Part shown: positions 1-14,151 of the stretch, one piece after another
Numbering within the stretch: position 1 is the first letter of the stretch
Layout: every line of letters begins with the position of its first letter
NCBI GenBank assembly: GCA_000182565.2
Contig: KQ257450.1
Direction: 5' to 3' (one strand)
DNA length: 64,000 bases
DNA from: Spizellomyces punctatus DAOM BR117
Taxonomy: Eukaryota
Notes under the pieces: model-generated
The model's input: only the letters and a program-made list of their open reading frames with translations
Database searches by the model: none
Told to the model about the DNA's origin: nothing
Translations under genes and position numbers: made by a program

Positions 1-116
1 CTTTCAAATTTTGTTGCTTCGACCATGATTCCATTGGTAAATTTCTTGCACTCGGGCAGGAGATTAACAGGCTCAAGCACGCGATACAAAGGCGGGAGAC
101 ACCACCATCAAGTCCC

Positions 117-3100
117 ATGGTACAGAACCTCTCGACCCCAGCAACGCAGTCTATTCCCAACAGTGAAGCAGCAACACCTCCTCTAGCTACCGAAACAACC
201 TTGGCCTTAAAACTCAAATTGCGCGAGGCAGCTGCGGCGCTGAAGAAAACGAAAGATGAACGAGACAAAGCAAATGAACGCTGTAAAGAGCTGAGCGAGT
301 ACCTTGCAAAGTATGAATCCGCTGAATCATCAAATAGCATAGAAGGGAGAAATGGTATAAATGGAGCGGTGGACGATAAGGAGATATCACTACTTCGTGA
401 CCAGATGACAGATGCAGATCGGCGACGCGAGGAGGCTGAGCGTATTGTAGAAGAACATAAAGCTCGTCTGGCACAATTGGAATCTGAGCGACGGGATCTG
501 ACAAATAAAGTATCAGCTTTGGAGAGCTCAGTGGAAGAGGCCACGAGCAAGGTCCAGGAGGCGTCGAGAGTAGCAGAGCAACGCTTGGAGACATGTCAGG
601 AGCAGGCCACGGAGATAGAGACAATGCGAACTGAAAAAGAACATTTGCAACGGGAACTGGAGGATGCCAACAATCGACGACGGTTGGTAGAAGAGGATGT
701 GCAAATCCTAAAAGACCAGATACGCGATTTGGAACATAACGTACGCCAAGGACAAGAAGTAATTGCAAAGCTGACGCAAGAGTCAAACTCATTAGCGAAG
801 GAGCAGGAAAATTCGCGACAGCTTAGTGTAAGTGCAGAGACAGAACGCGAAACAATACTGAAAGAGCGCGACAATGCTTTACACGAGCGTGACCAATTGG
901 CCTCACAGCTCGCGGATCTGGAGCGGACAATTCAAGACCACAAGACCAAAGTGCTAAAGCTTGAGAAACAGTGCCAAGCGGCTGATGGATCCTCGGAGGA
1001 AACGCAACGGCAACTGGAGACGGTGAAGGAGCAGCTGAAGGCCGCCAACGAACGCATAGAAGAGGCCCTTCGTGCACGTGACGAAGCAGTAGCAGATTTG
1101 GATGCTGAGAAGACCACTCGAGCCGATGTCGCAGCGCAAGTAGAAAGGGAGAGAAGACAATTAGATGAGCAAATCGGTGATCTATCGCGGCAAATAACAG
1201 AAGCGAACAAGGCGCGTGACGAAATGCTCGTGCGGGTTGAAGCGCTTGATCAGGAGCTGAAGAGTTTACAAGGAAATCTGGAGAAGGCGCATAATGATCT
1301 CTACGGTGTGACGCAAGAGCGTGACAAGAGTGTCAAGCACGTGGCGGAATTGGAAGCGCTAGTGTCTGAGCGGCAAGGGGAGAGCGAGCGCGTGCAAAAT
1401 CTGATGAAGGCGATGAGGGAAAAGCTTCAAAAGCGGATCGGAGATTTGGAACGGGAGAAGAATGAATTGCGTGATGAATTAGCGACAGCGCAAAGTGAGC
1501 GGGAGAAAGATGCTGGTACTGGAGAAGAGAAAACCAAAGATTCCCAAGCAGAAGAGGGAATGCGCGTAAAGAATGGACGGATACGAGACTTGGAGGGGCA
1601 AATCAGCGAACTGCAAAGTAAATTAGAATTTGCCGAAGATCAGGTTGCGGACTCTGCTAAGAAGAATGCGGTGTTACACAAAACAGTGGAGAACGTCCAG
1701 GAAGAGGTGAACCAGCTGAAAGACGAGCGAGACAAACTGAATGGACAATCCAGGAAGCTACTCGCAGAATTGGACGAGGCACGTAAGGAATTGAAGCAAA
1801 ATCGCGCGCAGGCCGACGAATCCAAGCGAAGTGTTGAAGAATTAAAGGCATCTTTGGAAGCTGCCACCATTGAACGCAAAAAGTTGCAAAATGAGGTGGA
1901 GGCACTTAATAAGCAGACTCAGCAGCTAGAAGAACTGAAAGCGTCGAATGCCAACTTAAAGCATCAGGTTGAGGCGGCTCAATCGGACAGGGATCGACTC
2001 GAAGCCGAGGTTGGGAACCAGAAGAAACTAGAAGAGTTGGAGGAAGCCAAACGAAAGGTTGAAGCCAACCTTACGAATGCAGAGAAGAGGATAGTTGATA
2101 TGGAAGGCCAGTTAACAACCGTAAAAAAGCAAGCGAATGAACGGGAGACTGAGCTGAGGCAACTTACAGCGCAGCTTGAATCCAAAAATCATGCGCACAA
2201 TGCAAACCAGGTTCGAGCTGACGAGCTGGAAGAAGCGCTGGAAGCTGCACGAAAGAAAGAGTCGGATAATCAGGAGACGCTTCGAGCGGCCCAGGCACGC
2301 GTAGCAGAATTGGAGACCCTGTCCGCGGCTGCACAACAGGCCAACGCGACGGGTGAGCAGGCAATTCTGGCCGCACAAGCACGCGTCACTGAGCTAGATC
2401 AAAGGTTGGAACACGCACTCGGACAGACGGGGGATGCTGGGGCACAAGTGGCCGCTCTGAATGAACAGCTTATCGCTACTAAGGAAAGTCTGGAAGAAGG
2501 GGAACGACGATTGGCTGAAAGCCAAAAGGTCATATCGTCTCTCGAAAGTGAAGTAGAAGCTCTTAAGAAGGAGAGGGAGGAGGCTTTGAGCACTGTGAAA
2601 GACCTGACAGATCAATCTTCAGACAATGCTGCAGATATTCAAGATTTGACCAAGGCGAACTCATCGTTGTTGAAACAATTGAACGATGCGCGTGCGCGGG
2701 CTGACAATCTTGTGGCAGCAGAATCTCGCGCGCGACAATTAGATGCCGACATGAAAGTTCTGACAGGGGTACGACGACAACTGGAACAGGCCAAGACAGA
2801 AGCTGAGCAACGCCTTCATTCGTTGGAAGAATCATTGGCGCTAGCCAAACAAACCGTTCATGAGCGAGATGATGCTATTCACGAGAAGGAAGCGGAAGTG
2901 GCGTCTTTACGATCTCAACTCAAGGAGGAGGAAGAGAAGAAGGCTAAATCTATTCAACTGCTGCGACAATCCAAGGCGCGAATTCTCAAGTTGGAGGCAG
3001 AAATCAAGAGCAGAGACGAGACGGTGGTGCAAATGCAGGGTGAAATAAAAGAGTTAGGCGAGACACGAGAGCGAGAGCTTAAGGAAAAAGAGGCACAATT

Positions 3101-4565
3101 GGCCAATGTCACACGGCAAATTGAGGATATGCAAGCTAGAATGCGTAGGCAACAGGAAGCTGCTAGTGATTTGGAACGCCAACAGCAGGACTTCTTGGCA
3201 GAAAAGGGGCAGATAGATTCGCGACTCGAACAGCTAAGTAAAGCTGAAGAAACCTTGAGAACTGAGCTGGAGCATACCCGGGAAGAACTTGAAATGCGTC
3301 AAGCTGAATTGGAAAGCGCCCGGAGCATGCTGGACGCACGGGAAGCGCAGCTTAATGGTGAAATGACGCGATGGGCTGGAGTAGAGGAGCGAATGGTCAA
3401 TATGGAACATGAACTCGAAACCTCCAAGCGACTGTTCCAAACAAAGTCCACTGAGAACGATCAACTCCGCCTGAAGATTTCTGAACTGGAAGCACAAGCC
3501 TATGAAGCTAGCCAGACGTCCGGCAAGTATCAGGGAGATATGGATGCGTTGAAGAGAGAAGTGAGGGATGCGAGGAGAGAGGCGGGAGAACGAGTGAAGG
3601 AGTTGAAGCGGCTTGAGCAAGAACTCGAAGCCAGTAAGAGGGAAGCTGTGGAAGCACAGGAGGCATTGGAGGTGGTCAAGAGAAAGGAGGAGGAACGGAC
3701 GGTGGAATTTGCAGATCTCGTAAAGAAGATGAAAGATGCAGAACTTCGGGAGCACGAGTGGAAGCAGAGCTTAGCCGCACAAGAGGTTGGTCTTTCTAGT
3801 TACTCGTGATCTGAAGCTAAACGGAATGCTAAGACGGTTACGTGTGAAGGCGCGCCTTGGGGAGCTACAAGCAGAAATCAGCCAATTACAAAATGAAAAT
3901 CAGCAAGCTGTCTTCAATCGAGATAAACTTCTCGAGGAGATGCGCGTGAGAGAGGTTCAGTTGAAAAATCTGAACAAGGTGAGGATAGTCTGAATGATTT
4001 CCGCGTTCTTTTGTCCTTGTGAATAATATGGGACTCTCAGACTTTAAAGGACGAAGTCCGTAAACTTTCCCGCACCGCGTCCATATCTAGTGGTATGGGC
4101 ATGACACCCACATCGGCTGGCCTGCAATCTCCACCTCCCATCAGCCGTCCCCCGTCGACGGGCAGTCTCAGTGGCCGACACTCCCATCATGGGTCCGTCA
4201 GTTCAATCGCATCTGACGATGGGTCAGGCAGAAGAGATTCAACGATGGGCTCAATATTTCCACCTCGACGACCATCCTCGCAAAACAACCCTAATCCGAG
4301 ATCAAGTATCGAATCTACTGATTCTGGGAAATCAGCCGCGACGGGAAGCGCGCTACCAGATCCAAATCCAGAGTATCTAAAAGCGGTGCTGCTAAAGTTT
4401 TTGGAGGCAAAGGATAAGCGCGTAAGTTGCGACACTTTTTCGCATCCTTTGCAATCACTCGCTCACTCGTTGCTCCGATTCGCATAGTCCCAATTGATTC
4501 AGGTATTAGCGATGTTGTTACGGTTTACTCCGGAAGAAATGAAAAGAGTGCAAAAGACAATTTGA
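117..4565 (+). CDS. Golgin-like long coiled-coil protein with C-terminal GRIP domain (Imh1/golgin-97/245-like); 5' end probably upstream of the window
   Basis: 1230-aa heptad-rich ORF. After splicing (introns ~3786-3849, 3979-4040, 4422-4487) the C-terminus reads PNPEYLKAVLLKFLEAKDKR|SQLIQVLAMLLRFTPEEMKRVQKTI*, the GRIP consensus. Confidence 0.85.
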
Positions 4566-4957
4566 CGTTGTCCGACACATTTTTGGCTGGTGCTGGCTGA
4601 TAGGGGCAAAGGGGGTGATTTACCACACGTAGGAGATGGTTGGGGCAACCTCCTCATTTTTTCTCATTTTGTGCATAGATCAGGATATCTATTCTCTTTC
4701 TTATTGAATTCTTTTTTTTTTTACATTTCATTGACAAGTTGTTGTTTTGACTCTCAGTTTATGATGTTTGACCGACCTTCATTGGTAGTTTATATTTGGA
4801 GATTTCGCAAAGCAAGCAAGCCCATGACACTGAATAGAAATACTCGTGGTCGTCATGCCGTGTTAAATCCACTTTGTCGGCCGCATAGTAAAGATGCGCA
4901 TTCTCCCTGTAGGGATGGAATTGTGCTGATCTCACCATCACATTATGATATTCGTTA

Positions 4958-5360
4958 TTATATAACCGCCAGCGTGCTCTTGCGGATTAAAGCCGCCACT
5001 TTTTCAGATGATTCCTCTACTACATCTCTTGTTGTTCTCATAGTCTGTTGAATATTCTTTACACTATTTTGATGGGCTACAATGGATTCAGCAATTGCTT
5101 CGGGATCTCGTTCGAGGGCTTCACGCGTCATGAGAGGAGCGGCGTTGATATTATTGGCTGGCGCATTTAAACGAACCCTTTAGAAGTGGGCCCATTGCTG
5201 CTTACCGGGATCTACCTGTAAAATGCATACCTTCGGCATTTGTCTCGTATACTGTAGGTTCAAGGGTTGCAAGAAGGGCAAGGTCGGCGAGGATGGCTTC
5301 TGCGGTTGGTAAGGAGTGAGATACTGCTGGTTTTGTTGGGAGGGATGCCCGGTGAAACAT
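4958..5360 (-). CDS. Small 2-exon protein (~109 aa), possible UPF0449/C19orf25-like
   Basis: Hand-spliced: exon 5360-5231, GTATGC..CAG intron 5230-5158, exon 5157-4958. Gives MFHRASLPTKPAVSHSLPTAEAILADL...IVAHQNSVKNIQQTMRTTRDVVEESSEKVAALIRKSTLAVI*. Confidence 0.5.
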
Positions 5361-5630
5361 GGCGAGAAACCAAGGAGCAAATGTGTGCTGCGAACCCGTC
5401 AAGCGTTGTGGGTTGAAGTGAGATCTGCAAAGGACCTTCTACAGGTCTGGGCGGAATTTGGCCAGTGGCGCAGTAGCGTGTGACCTGTATTATAAACAAA
5501 GACCCGATCATCGTATCCTTCAAGATCAAACTGCGAATCAAAGAATCGAAACAGTCTGTGGAAAAAGCTAGAGTATAGAGCTAAATGTACTATTTCAGCT
5601 TTACAATAGGTCACACAAGTAGAAAATGCG

Positions 5631-8600
5631 TTACTCGCGAGGCCTTCGCTTCCCTTCAACCCAATCTCCTTGCTCGTTCTTTGACAACTTGCCAAGCATA
5701 AATTTAACACCGCAGGCATTACACAGTGTCTTTGGGCCGTCCGGTCCTCGTCTCCACATTGGGGTGACATCGCTATCGCAACGTAAGCAACGTCGCTTGT
5801 GATCTGTTTCTGCGTGGCGACGAAATGCGCCCCCGGTTGGATGTGAAGATGGAGCTGGGGTTGCAGGTGCTGAGTGAGATACAACCTTCCGAGCACGTCC
5901 AGCCATGGGCTTTGGAGTCTGTAGAGAGGAAGTTGGCGTTCGCTTGGAAGGGGATGTGGTGTGCTTGAGGTCTGTGTATGGTCCTGATTGGAGTCGCGTG
6001 GCGATACGGGCAGATAGGCGGGTTGATGGATCAGTAAGATGAACGGGTCCGCTAGAGGGTGTTCGCGCTCTGCTAACAGGAGTCGAGCCAGGCGAACTGG
6101 GGCTTCTGCTCGGTGCTCGAGTGTTCGGGGCGCTAGCGGCAATCTCCCGCCACACATTGGTCCCCTCAGCGGTGTCCAGGGATGCAAGGTGGGAGGTCAA
6201 GGCCGCAGAGGCCGACGTCAGGACGCCACCTACGGACAGTTCCTTCTCCGTGTTCAACGTCGAAGTCACGGACGGCTTCGTATGTCCTGACGACTCTTGA
6301 TCAACCGTGAAAACTGCATCAGGCCCGCGTACACCTATCTCGTCCTCCTCCACTTGCTTAGCTTCGGACTCATGCATTGTAGCCATCCAAGTAGGTCGCC
6401 TTGCCTGCAAGGACTGGTTCCCATCCATGGTTGTATCTTCAACGGCTTTCAAAGGCAAGTGAGTAATGTCCATGTGGGTGTTGACTGCAACATCATTCAG
6501 CTCTCCAGAGTGTTCCACATCGACATGCTCTTCCTTTAGGGTGCTAGACTTTGCATTCGGGATCTCTGGCTGGTTTTCGATTTCTAGTCGCCCATCTTCC
6601 TGTTGAGGCTTCTTGGCTGGTGCTCTTTCCGCAGTTTTACTGGCAGCTTCACTGCGGCGCCTTGGTGCCGCCGGTTTCTTCTTCGGAGCATCGACGATAG
6701 GCCCGTATATGGAAGTAGCTAACTCTTTACCTTTCTGGATATCTTTATAATGTACTGGAGTCAATCCCGGAAGGGCTAAGTGGGTCATCTACATGGTATC
6801 ATGAATTAGCTGAAGATAGGCCATGCCAAAAGATTCAGGCTCACCTTATTCTGCAGCTTCCTCACAGCTTGCGCCTTTTCGTACATCGCCTCTTTTATGC
6901 AGTCAGCCAGTCGTAATGAAGTGTTCTGAACCCCAATCACAACCCCCTGCTGGGGTTGCTTTCTTCCACCTCGATATGGCGGTAGATAAAATGCTATGCT
7001 GAGCTAGATGAATGATCGACCTCGTTATATTGATGATGTTAAAATGCCCTGCTACCCTCTTTGCTTACCTCGTGGACTTCCTCTGTCTCAGACAACTTCG
7101 TTGTCGCGACGACTTCTGCCATTCCATCGGCGGGTAACAGAAATCGCACACCAGGGTTCTCCACAAACTCGAATATAACTAAAGGACGTACTCGACGCCG
7201 CGGCCGGTGCCTTTTGGCTTTGCCTATTTCACCAGTGATTGAATCTTTCTCACCGATACGAATCCCGCCATGCTCTTTAGGAAACATGCCCTCAGTCCCA
7301 ACGTCATTCAGTTTTTTTGGTCGTTTTGCTTTCATCTTTTCCGCGGCTTGTTGTTGAATCCTTTGGATACTGGTGGCCTTATCAAAACCACGATCGGCGT
7401 TGAGCGCGACAGAAAGATTTCCCGAGGTGGACATCACCAACCGTACATTGAAATCGGTAGAGCTTCCCTGCGGAACGGTTAGACTAGAAGCAGAGCCTCC
7501 GTGGGCGGTTTTCTGCCTTTTAGCAGATGGGTCGCCTTTTTCCTCATTCTGAGCTCTCTGCGCGACGTTCTGAAGATAATGCTGCAACATCTCTGTTGGG
7601 GGAGTACCCGGCCCGTTCCATTCAAATTTATACCTGTGGTTTCCAACACGAGGCAGATCCATTTGAACTGGACCGCTTGGCGCTGTCGATCGTTGATTGG
7701 TGGCCAATATCGAGGACGAGGGTGTAGTTGCCGATGTCCCTTGCCACGATGTAGGCGCGCCTGCAGGATGCGTGGCTGCGGAGCTGTTCCCCGGAGGTGC
7801 GTTCAACGTTTGGCTGATTTCTCCAGGTTTGCCATCATGGTTCGCGCTGCCAACGTCTGGTTTGCTAGACATGGCAGTAGATGTTTCGCCGCTTTGATTC
7901 CCGCCTCTAGCAGATTGAATACTCGTTCCAGATGCTATGCCAGGTAGGACAGGGATGGCGTCCCCTTTGCGTTTCTCCCTTACCATATGGAGGAAGCTGT
8001 TCATCTGTGACCAATGCTGCAGCGTCCATTCGGTAGGTGGGCCAGATGTTGACGACGTATTTTGCAAGTCTCTCACGCTTGATGTGGTAATGAATGATTG
8101 AGAATGCGGTTTGGGGGTGCTCCCAGTTGGTGAACTGGCAGTAGCGCTGCTACTCGTGGTATCCGTGCTGCTACTCCAAAAGGGATAAGGAAAACTGAAA
8201 TAGGGATTCGCGTAGAGTGACTGAGTAGTGCTAGTTTGACTTGCGGAGCCAGTCCTGTTGACGGTTCGGAGTATATCGGCTGCTGTAGTAGGCTTCATGA
8301 GCAAGAGTCAGTGTAAGTGTGGGACTCGGCTGCGAGCTGTTAAAGCAACCAACGCCACGGTTGGTTCTCGATAGTACCTTGGGAAGTCCACTCGGTGGAT
8401 GTATTGTTGGCCTGATTTCATTTGAGGCGCTTGTTACGCTCATCTGAGGAGATTTTGCAAACAAATCTGGTGCCGTTACGGTGATCTGCGCGTTGCCGTT
8501 GATTGCCGGTACCGACACCCGTGGCGTTGGTGCAATTTCGGTTGCAGTTACCATCTGGTGTGCAGAAGTTGTCATAGGAACTACCGATACAGGGGGTGGA

Positions 8601-9557
8601 GTCTCATCTTTATTTTCCGCCAGCCCTATCTTCGCTGTTTCTGGCAAACCTCCAATCGTTTCAGTTTTGACCATTGTGGTAGTATCGGGTTCTATCACTG
8701 GCCCCATTTTTTCGCCCGGCTGTGTGGCCTCCTTTTTGGCAACCAGTGACCATCTGTTGACATCGGCATCTCCGGAGCTAGTCTGGCTCCCGGATGGTAC
8801 TGATGCTGAAGCTTCTCCGTTGCTCGATAGATTCACAATCCCGTTTGTATGAGAGGTTGTGGAAATAGTAGACCCTTCGACTACAGTATTGCCAAGTTTT
8901 GAGATCGCAGTATCGACGCTATGCTCCATAATGGGGATGTCTTTCGTCATGTCAACTAGAAATGTCTCTATTCTTTCGGCATGATCTTCCCCTCTGTCCT
9001 CGCCTTCCTTGACATCTTTTTCAGGAGGTGTGATGCGGTAAAACTTTGTATCAATGAAAGTGTGTGGGCCGACCACTATGTCACCCGTCCCAATGTCCTC
9101 GACTAACGCTCCCTCATCAATGATGAGCGGGTCGGTTGCAAAAGGTGTTGGAGGAAATTGATAAGGACACGGCGGAAACATGGAGGTTGCCCAAAGTTTG
9201 CGAGAACGAGAGATATCCTCAAGAAGTGAGGCAAAGGGATCAAACCTGAAAGTCAACAGAAACAGGTTTAAGCGCGAGGTCATTCTCTATTCGTCACAAG
9301 TGTGTGGTGCCTATTTCACTTTCGACTGCCATTCATGCCCACACAGTTTCCGACACCCTATTCCTGTTACTCCAGTTGATAACCCGACGTGACTGGAGTT
9401 CCTACCTCGTTTCTTGCGCCTCATCTATCTGTGCTTGCTCATGTTCGACGGTAACCGTTGGGGAATTTGAGATAGTTCGGCTTCTTCGGACGCTCCGTAA
9501 AAGGTCAGGCGAGGTGGCGGTGTTTGTTCTTTTCCGCTTCAAGGTACTTGTGGACAT
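5631..9557 (-). CDS. Large multi-exon protein with C-terminal GATA zinc finger and Swc3-like segments
   Basis: ORFs 8231-9283, 7039-8304 and 5631-6788 are joinable by short introns. C-terminal [27 protein letters not shown] is a GATA C-x2-C-x18-C-x2-C finger. Probable ATG at 9557 ([10 protein letters not shown]). Confidence 0.8.
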
Positions 9558-9656
9558 GTTTGAAGCTATCCAGTCGACGTTGCCTTTTCATTCATGGTTG
9601 CTGATGGCAAGGGAAGGGCAACCTTGCGCGAGAAGCCCCGTTGCGCTGCGCATTTG

Positions 9657-9673
9657 GTTGTTGGCATAGCAAC
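9657..9673. promoter_or_regulatory. X-box-like (RFX) motif in divergent promoter
   Basis: GTTGTTGGCATAGCAAC; near-identical copy at 15957-15973. Confidence 0.35.
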
Positions 9674-9731
9674 AGAGGTGTCCTACAGGTGAACCGACAC
9701 AACAGCGAAAACAACCTACTCATCTGCACTA

Positions 9732-11005
9732 ATGAAACCTGCAAACACACCCAGTCGAACAGAGTCCAACGCTAGTCAGACATCTTTGGAACGTGAGCTG
9801 AAGCGTATATCTCGTCTGTACATTCAGCGGCGCTTTGACGAAGCATACGGACTATGCCAGAAACAGTTCGGGTCGTTTGGCAGTGACGGCGAGCAGGCGC
9901 AATTATGGAATATCCTGGCGGTTTTGTATTTGAGAATAGCTGCCCAACGAGAAGACAGTTCACAAAGTGAGGAGGCTGGACCGACTGACTGGGATTACAT
10001 GCTCCGTCTGTACGGCGGGGCAGTGGAAAAACTTCCTGCGGACGTTTTGTGTGCTGGGTGAGTTTGACAGTCTTGCGGAGACGTAATAGACTACAGGAAA
10101 ACATGTGTTTCTCTCATCTGTAGCATGTGGTTAATATGGAATACCATGTTTTTGTAGTATACTTCTTCTGCAGAAACGACGGCTCCATTCCTCATCGAAG
10201 CAAGCCATTGAAACATGGCTGGCTACGCTCCCTGATGATTATTTCTTGTCCTTGTCGAACGAAGCGCAGTCCGATGCGCTGCAAAACTATGAGAGAATAG
10301 TGGAGCTCTATTGTCTGCATGTTCTGCCAAGCCTGGGGGAATGGGAAAGCGCCAAAGACTTCCTGGAATGGAATGAAGTCATTGCCACTGGAAAGCGGGC
10401 GGTAGGTATTACCGATATTATGCCAGAGTACCGGAAACTTTCCCTGACATCAGAGTTCTTCTTAGCTCTATCGCAAAAAGTTGGATGAGATGGAGCGAAG
10501 ACGTCGATCTGTCTCATCACGGGAGGCGTCACACTGTGCCGAAAACCAGCCAAAGTTTGAAAATGCGCCATCATCCGTACCCGCGATGCGAAAGGAATCC
10601 ACGACACCAGTATCAGGCAAACAAGGTTCCGATGAAGCGCCAAAGAGTCAAAAAGACCAACGCCTTGATACACAATCAAAGGGACAACAGTCAACAGGAC
10701 AAAGTGCTCAGAGCGAGACTGGAGGGAAACCACAGGATGCACCAACGCAAAGTGCGAGCCAGAATAGAGCGAGCGCGCCCTCTCCGCAAACAACCGACTC
10801 CATTACCCGTACACGTGCAACTATACGACATTGGTTGGCAATAACCCGTGGGGTACCAGCAGCCATACTCGCCATTCTGTTATTGCTGGCAATCTCGCGC
10901 TTCCTTCGACGATTCAAGAATACAGCCGTAGGAAGGGCGGTATCTCTGCTAGCGGATAAGATATATACAACAGCAAAGATGGGCTTGAATATGCAAACGA
11001 TATGA
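9732..11005 (+). CDS. PEX26: Peroxin 26 (tail-anchored Pex1/Pex6 recruiter)
   Basis: YERIVELYCLHVLPSLGEWESAKDFL motif, C-terminal TM (VPAAILAILLLLAI) followed by basic residues, and terminal KIYTTAKMGLNMQTI, all typical of fungal Pex26. Confidence 0.75.
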
Positions 11006-11329
11006 AAGTCAGCAAACCCTCAATGGATATCACCTTTCATTACATCTGTAGCTGCTATATGCGAGTTATCGTATATCCGTGGTTCTTCTATCCCTCATGT
11101 ATAATTGTGCATTTGTGAGCCAGACTTACACACTAACATAGAAATAGACGTTGATGAGTTTATCTATGTGGAAATTTGGCTAGTTGGGCGGCACACCTTT
11201 TCGCACCTCGTGTAGATCTGGAAATTAAATGAAGCTACCAGCCACCAGAACACTTAGGCAGCGATCCGCGACTTTGAATCGTCGGTGGATGAGACAGAAA
11301 GGGAGCATAGCCCGATCGGAGGCGCTGGC

Positions 11330-14151
11330 ATGCTTTCGAGGGACCTAAATGATCCATCAGCAAACGTCCAGGGTCGGTCGCAAGGTGGGCCAGAGCAGCC
11401 AACAGGCAGAATTGGGCTGGCCAATGTGGAAGATATCGTTGGAGAAATTGCGTCTATTCTCTATTCCTATTACCGCGATGAAATCCTCTCCATACTCTCC
11501 CAAGAAGATGCTACAAAGCACTACTCGGTGGAGATGGACATGAAGGACCTCGGGGAGATCAATCAGCAGATTACAATGTACACTTGCGAGTTTCCAACGT
11601 TGGTGCTCCCTCTTTACGACACTGCCCTTCAGCATGCTCAAAAGCATGCTCTGGCCACAACCCCTTTGGCCGGGCATCTCAAGTTTAAACCCCGGGTCCA
11701 CGTTCGAATATTTATCGGTCCCCCCTTTGCACCCAATGAGACAAACATTCACCGTGTCCCTCGTAGCGACGAGGTTGGCAAGTGGCGTGTATTAAAGGGG
11801 ACAGTGGTGAGAACGGGTGCGGTGAGAATGTTGGAATCTGCCAAAGTTTTCCAATGTACAAAGTGCGGTGCGCGATGGGAGGTGCCAAGTGACAGAGAGC
11901 AGTTCAATTTAGTGCCAAAACCAAGACGATGCGCCTTCGATGATGGCAACATGCTGCAGGGATGCGCCGGTGCAAAAATAATAGAAGTCGACGTTGGGAA
12001 AGGTGCGCGACCGGACGTGTGCAAAGACTATCAAGAAATAAAGGTTCAAGAACCAGTAGAGAAAGTTGGTTTAGGGACCATTCCTCGCTCAATAGTGGTG
12101 ATACTGGAGGACGATCTTGTGGACCAATGTAAACCAGGGGATGATATCTTTGTCACTGGCACGGTCATACGTAGATATAAACCCTTCAAAGTGGATGAGA
12201 GATGCGATATCGAAATTGCCCTAGTTGCGAATCATGTACGAGCGGTAAATGAACAGCGACCGGCAAATACCACATCCGATGATGAATTAAGACGAGAGTT
12301 TGAGTCATTTTGGGAGCGATGGCGCAAGGAAGGAGAAGTGCTGCGAGGTGAGATTCTATGGTTGGGCATGTCGGAAGTGAGGGAGCTGATCATACTTGGT
12401 GATATAGGACGTGACCTTTTACTTAAAAGCTTCTGCCCGAAGATATTCGGAATGTATATTGTCAAGCTAGCGATTATGCTGGTGCTGATAGGAGGCGTAG
12501 AAATGCACCAAAGTGGAATGAAAATAAGGGGCGATTGTCATATCCTATTGGTCGGGGATCCAGGTACGTAGATTGGGACGACATCCTGCTTTCCTGACTT
12601 ACTTAGTCGCAATACTCCCTAAACTAGGAACTGGAAAGTCACAGTTTTTACGGTATGCTTCCCGCGTAAGCCCACGTTCTGTGTTAACAACCGGCATTGG
12701 TTCTACCAATGCTGGGCTCACGTGCGCCGCTGTGAAGGACTCTGGTGAATGGCAACTGGAAGCTGGGGCGTTAGTGCTTGCGGACAGAGGCTTATGTTGC
12801 ATCGATGAGTTTGGAAGTATTAGAGAGCACGATAAAACTGCAATTCACGAAGCCATGGAGCAGCAGACCATTAGTGTCGCAAAGGCAGGGTTGGTTTGCA
12901 AATTGAATACTAGGTGCTCAATACTGGCAGCGACCAATCCTAAGGGAAAGTATGATCCGACGCGGGATGTTGAGATAAACATTGCGTTGGCGAGTCCCTT
13001 GTTGAGTCGTTTTGACCTGGTGTTAATCCTTTTGGACCGCGAAAATGAGGACTGGGATAGGTCAGAATCATCGCATTGTACTTGAAGATCTGCTCTTACT
13101 CACCTGCTGATGCTTTTGCAGATCCGTATCTACCTTTATCTTGGATATGGAGTCACAACTACCTGAAACCACACTGGTTGCATCATCAGATGAAGAGAAG
13201 GCTGAATTGTGGCCCTTAGAGAAGATACAAGCTTATATCGCATACGTCAAAGAGCATCAGTCACCTCGCCTAACAGAAGGTGCCAACGACGTCCTTAAAC
13301 GGTACTATCAAGCTCAGCGAAAGACGGACTTACGAAACGCGGCACGAACGACAATCCGCCTGCTTGAGAGTTTGATCAGACTATCACAGGCCCACGCACG
13401 CCTATTGAATCAAGCAGAAGTCATGGTTCGCGACGCGGTCGTGGCTGTCATGCTAATGGAGGCGTCTTTGCAAAGCACCGCAATCGGTGGGGTGGAGGGA
13501 ATGAAGAATGCGCTTCATGATGGGTTTGCGGAAGACCCAGATACCGAATACCTCAAGCACGAGACTTTGATTCTGAGAAAGCTAGGTCTCGAGCACTTAC
13601 AGACTCATGAAGAAGGCGGCTCTCCGGCAAAGGCTCAGAATGAAAGATCAGGAGATCAGTCTGGCGAAGAATCGTCTGACCATGAGGATGATAGTGAAGA
13701 AGAGCACCCGTTATGTTCGTGGGAACCAACGCCTGCGCGAAGTGTAACCAAGCGACGATTGGACATTGCAGAGCCAGAAAATGAGAAGCGCAGCAAAGTT
13801 CGGGACCATACTGAAAGTGAAGCCGATGGAGAAGATGTAATGTCACATCAGGGATCCCAGGCGAGGTCTTCCAAGAGCACGGGGCATGCCAGTCTCCGCC
13901 GCACTATCAACCCGAAATCGCAAATCGGGCCTTCACAGGAGAAGGTACTACCCATTGCAAATTCGGGAGTGTCCCCACCCCACGTCCTACTTTCGTCACC
14001 AGCAAACGCAACTGACGACGAAAGTACCGAGCCGGACGTTATGGCAGAGCTTGGGCTTTTGGGAAACAGCCTGCCAAACATTGACCAAAATGTGTCTCTT
14101 TTCAACTCTCTTGGCATGTCACAAATAGATCGTAGATCGGATTTTGGTTAA
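11330..14151 (+). CDS. MCM9: MCM-family helicase MCM9
   Basis: Zn finger (CTKC..C..C), DYQEIKVQE, spliced Walker [53 protein letters not shown] and a disordered C-tail are MCM9-type. Confidence 0.88.
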
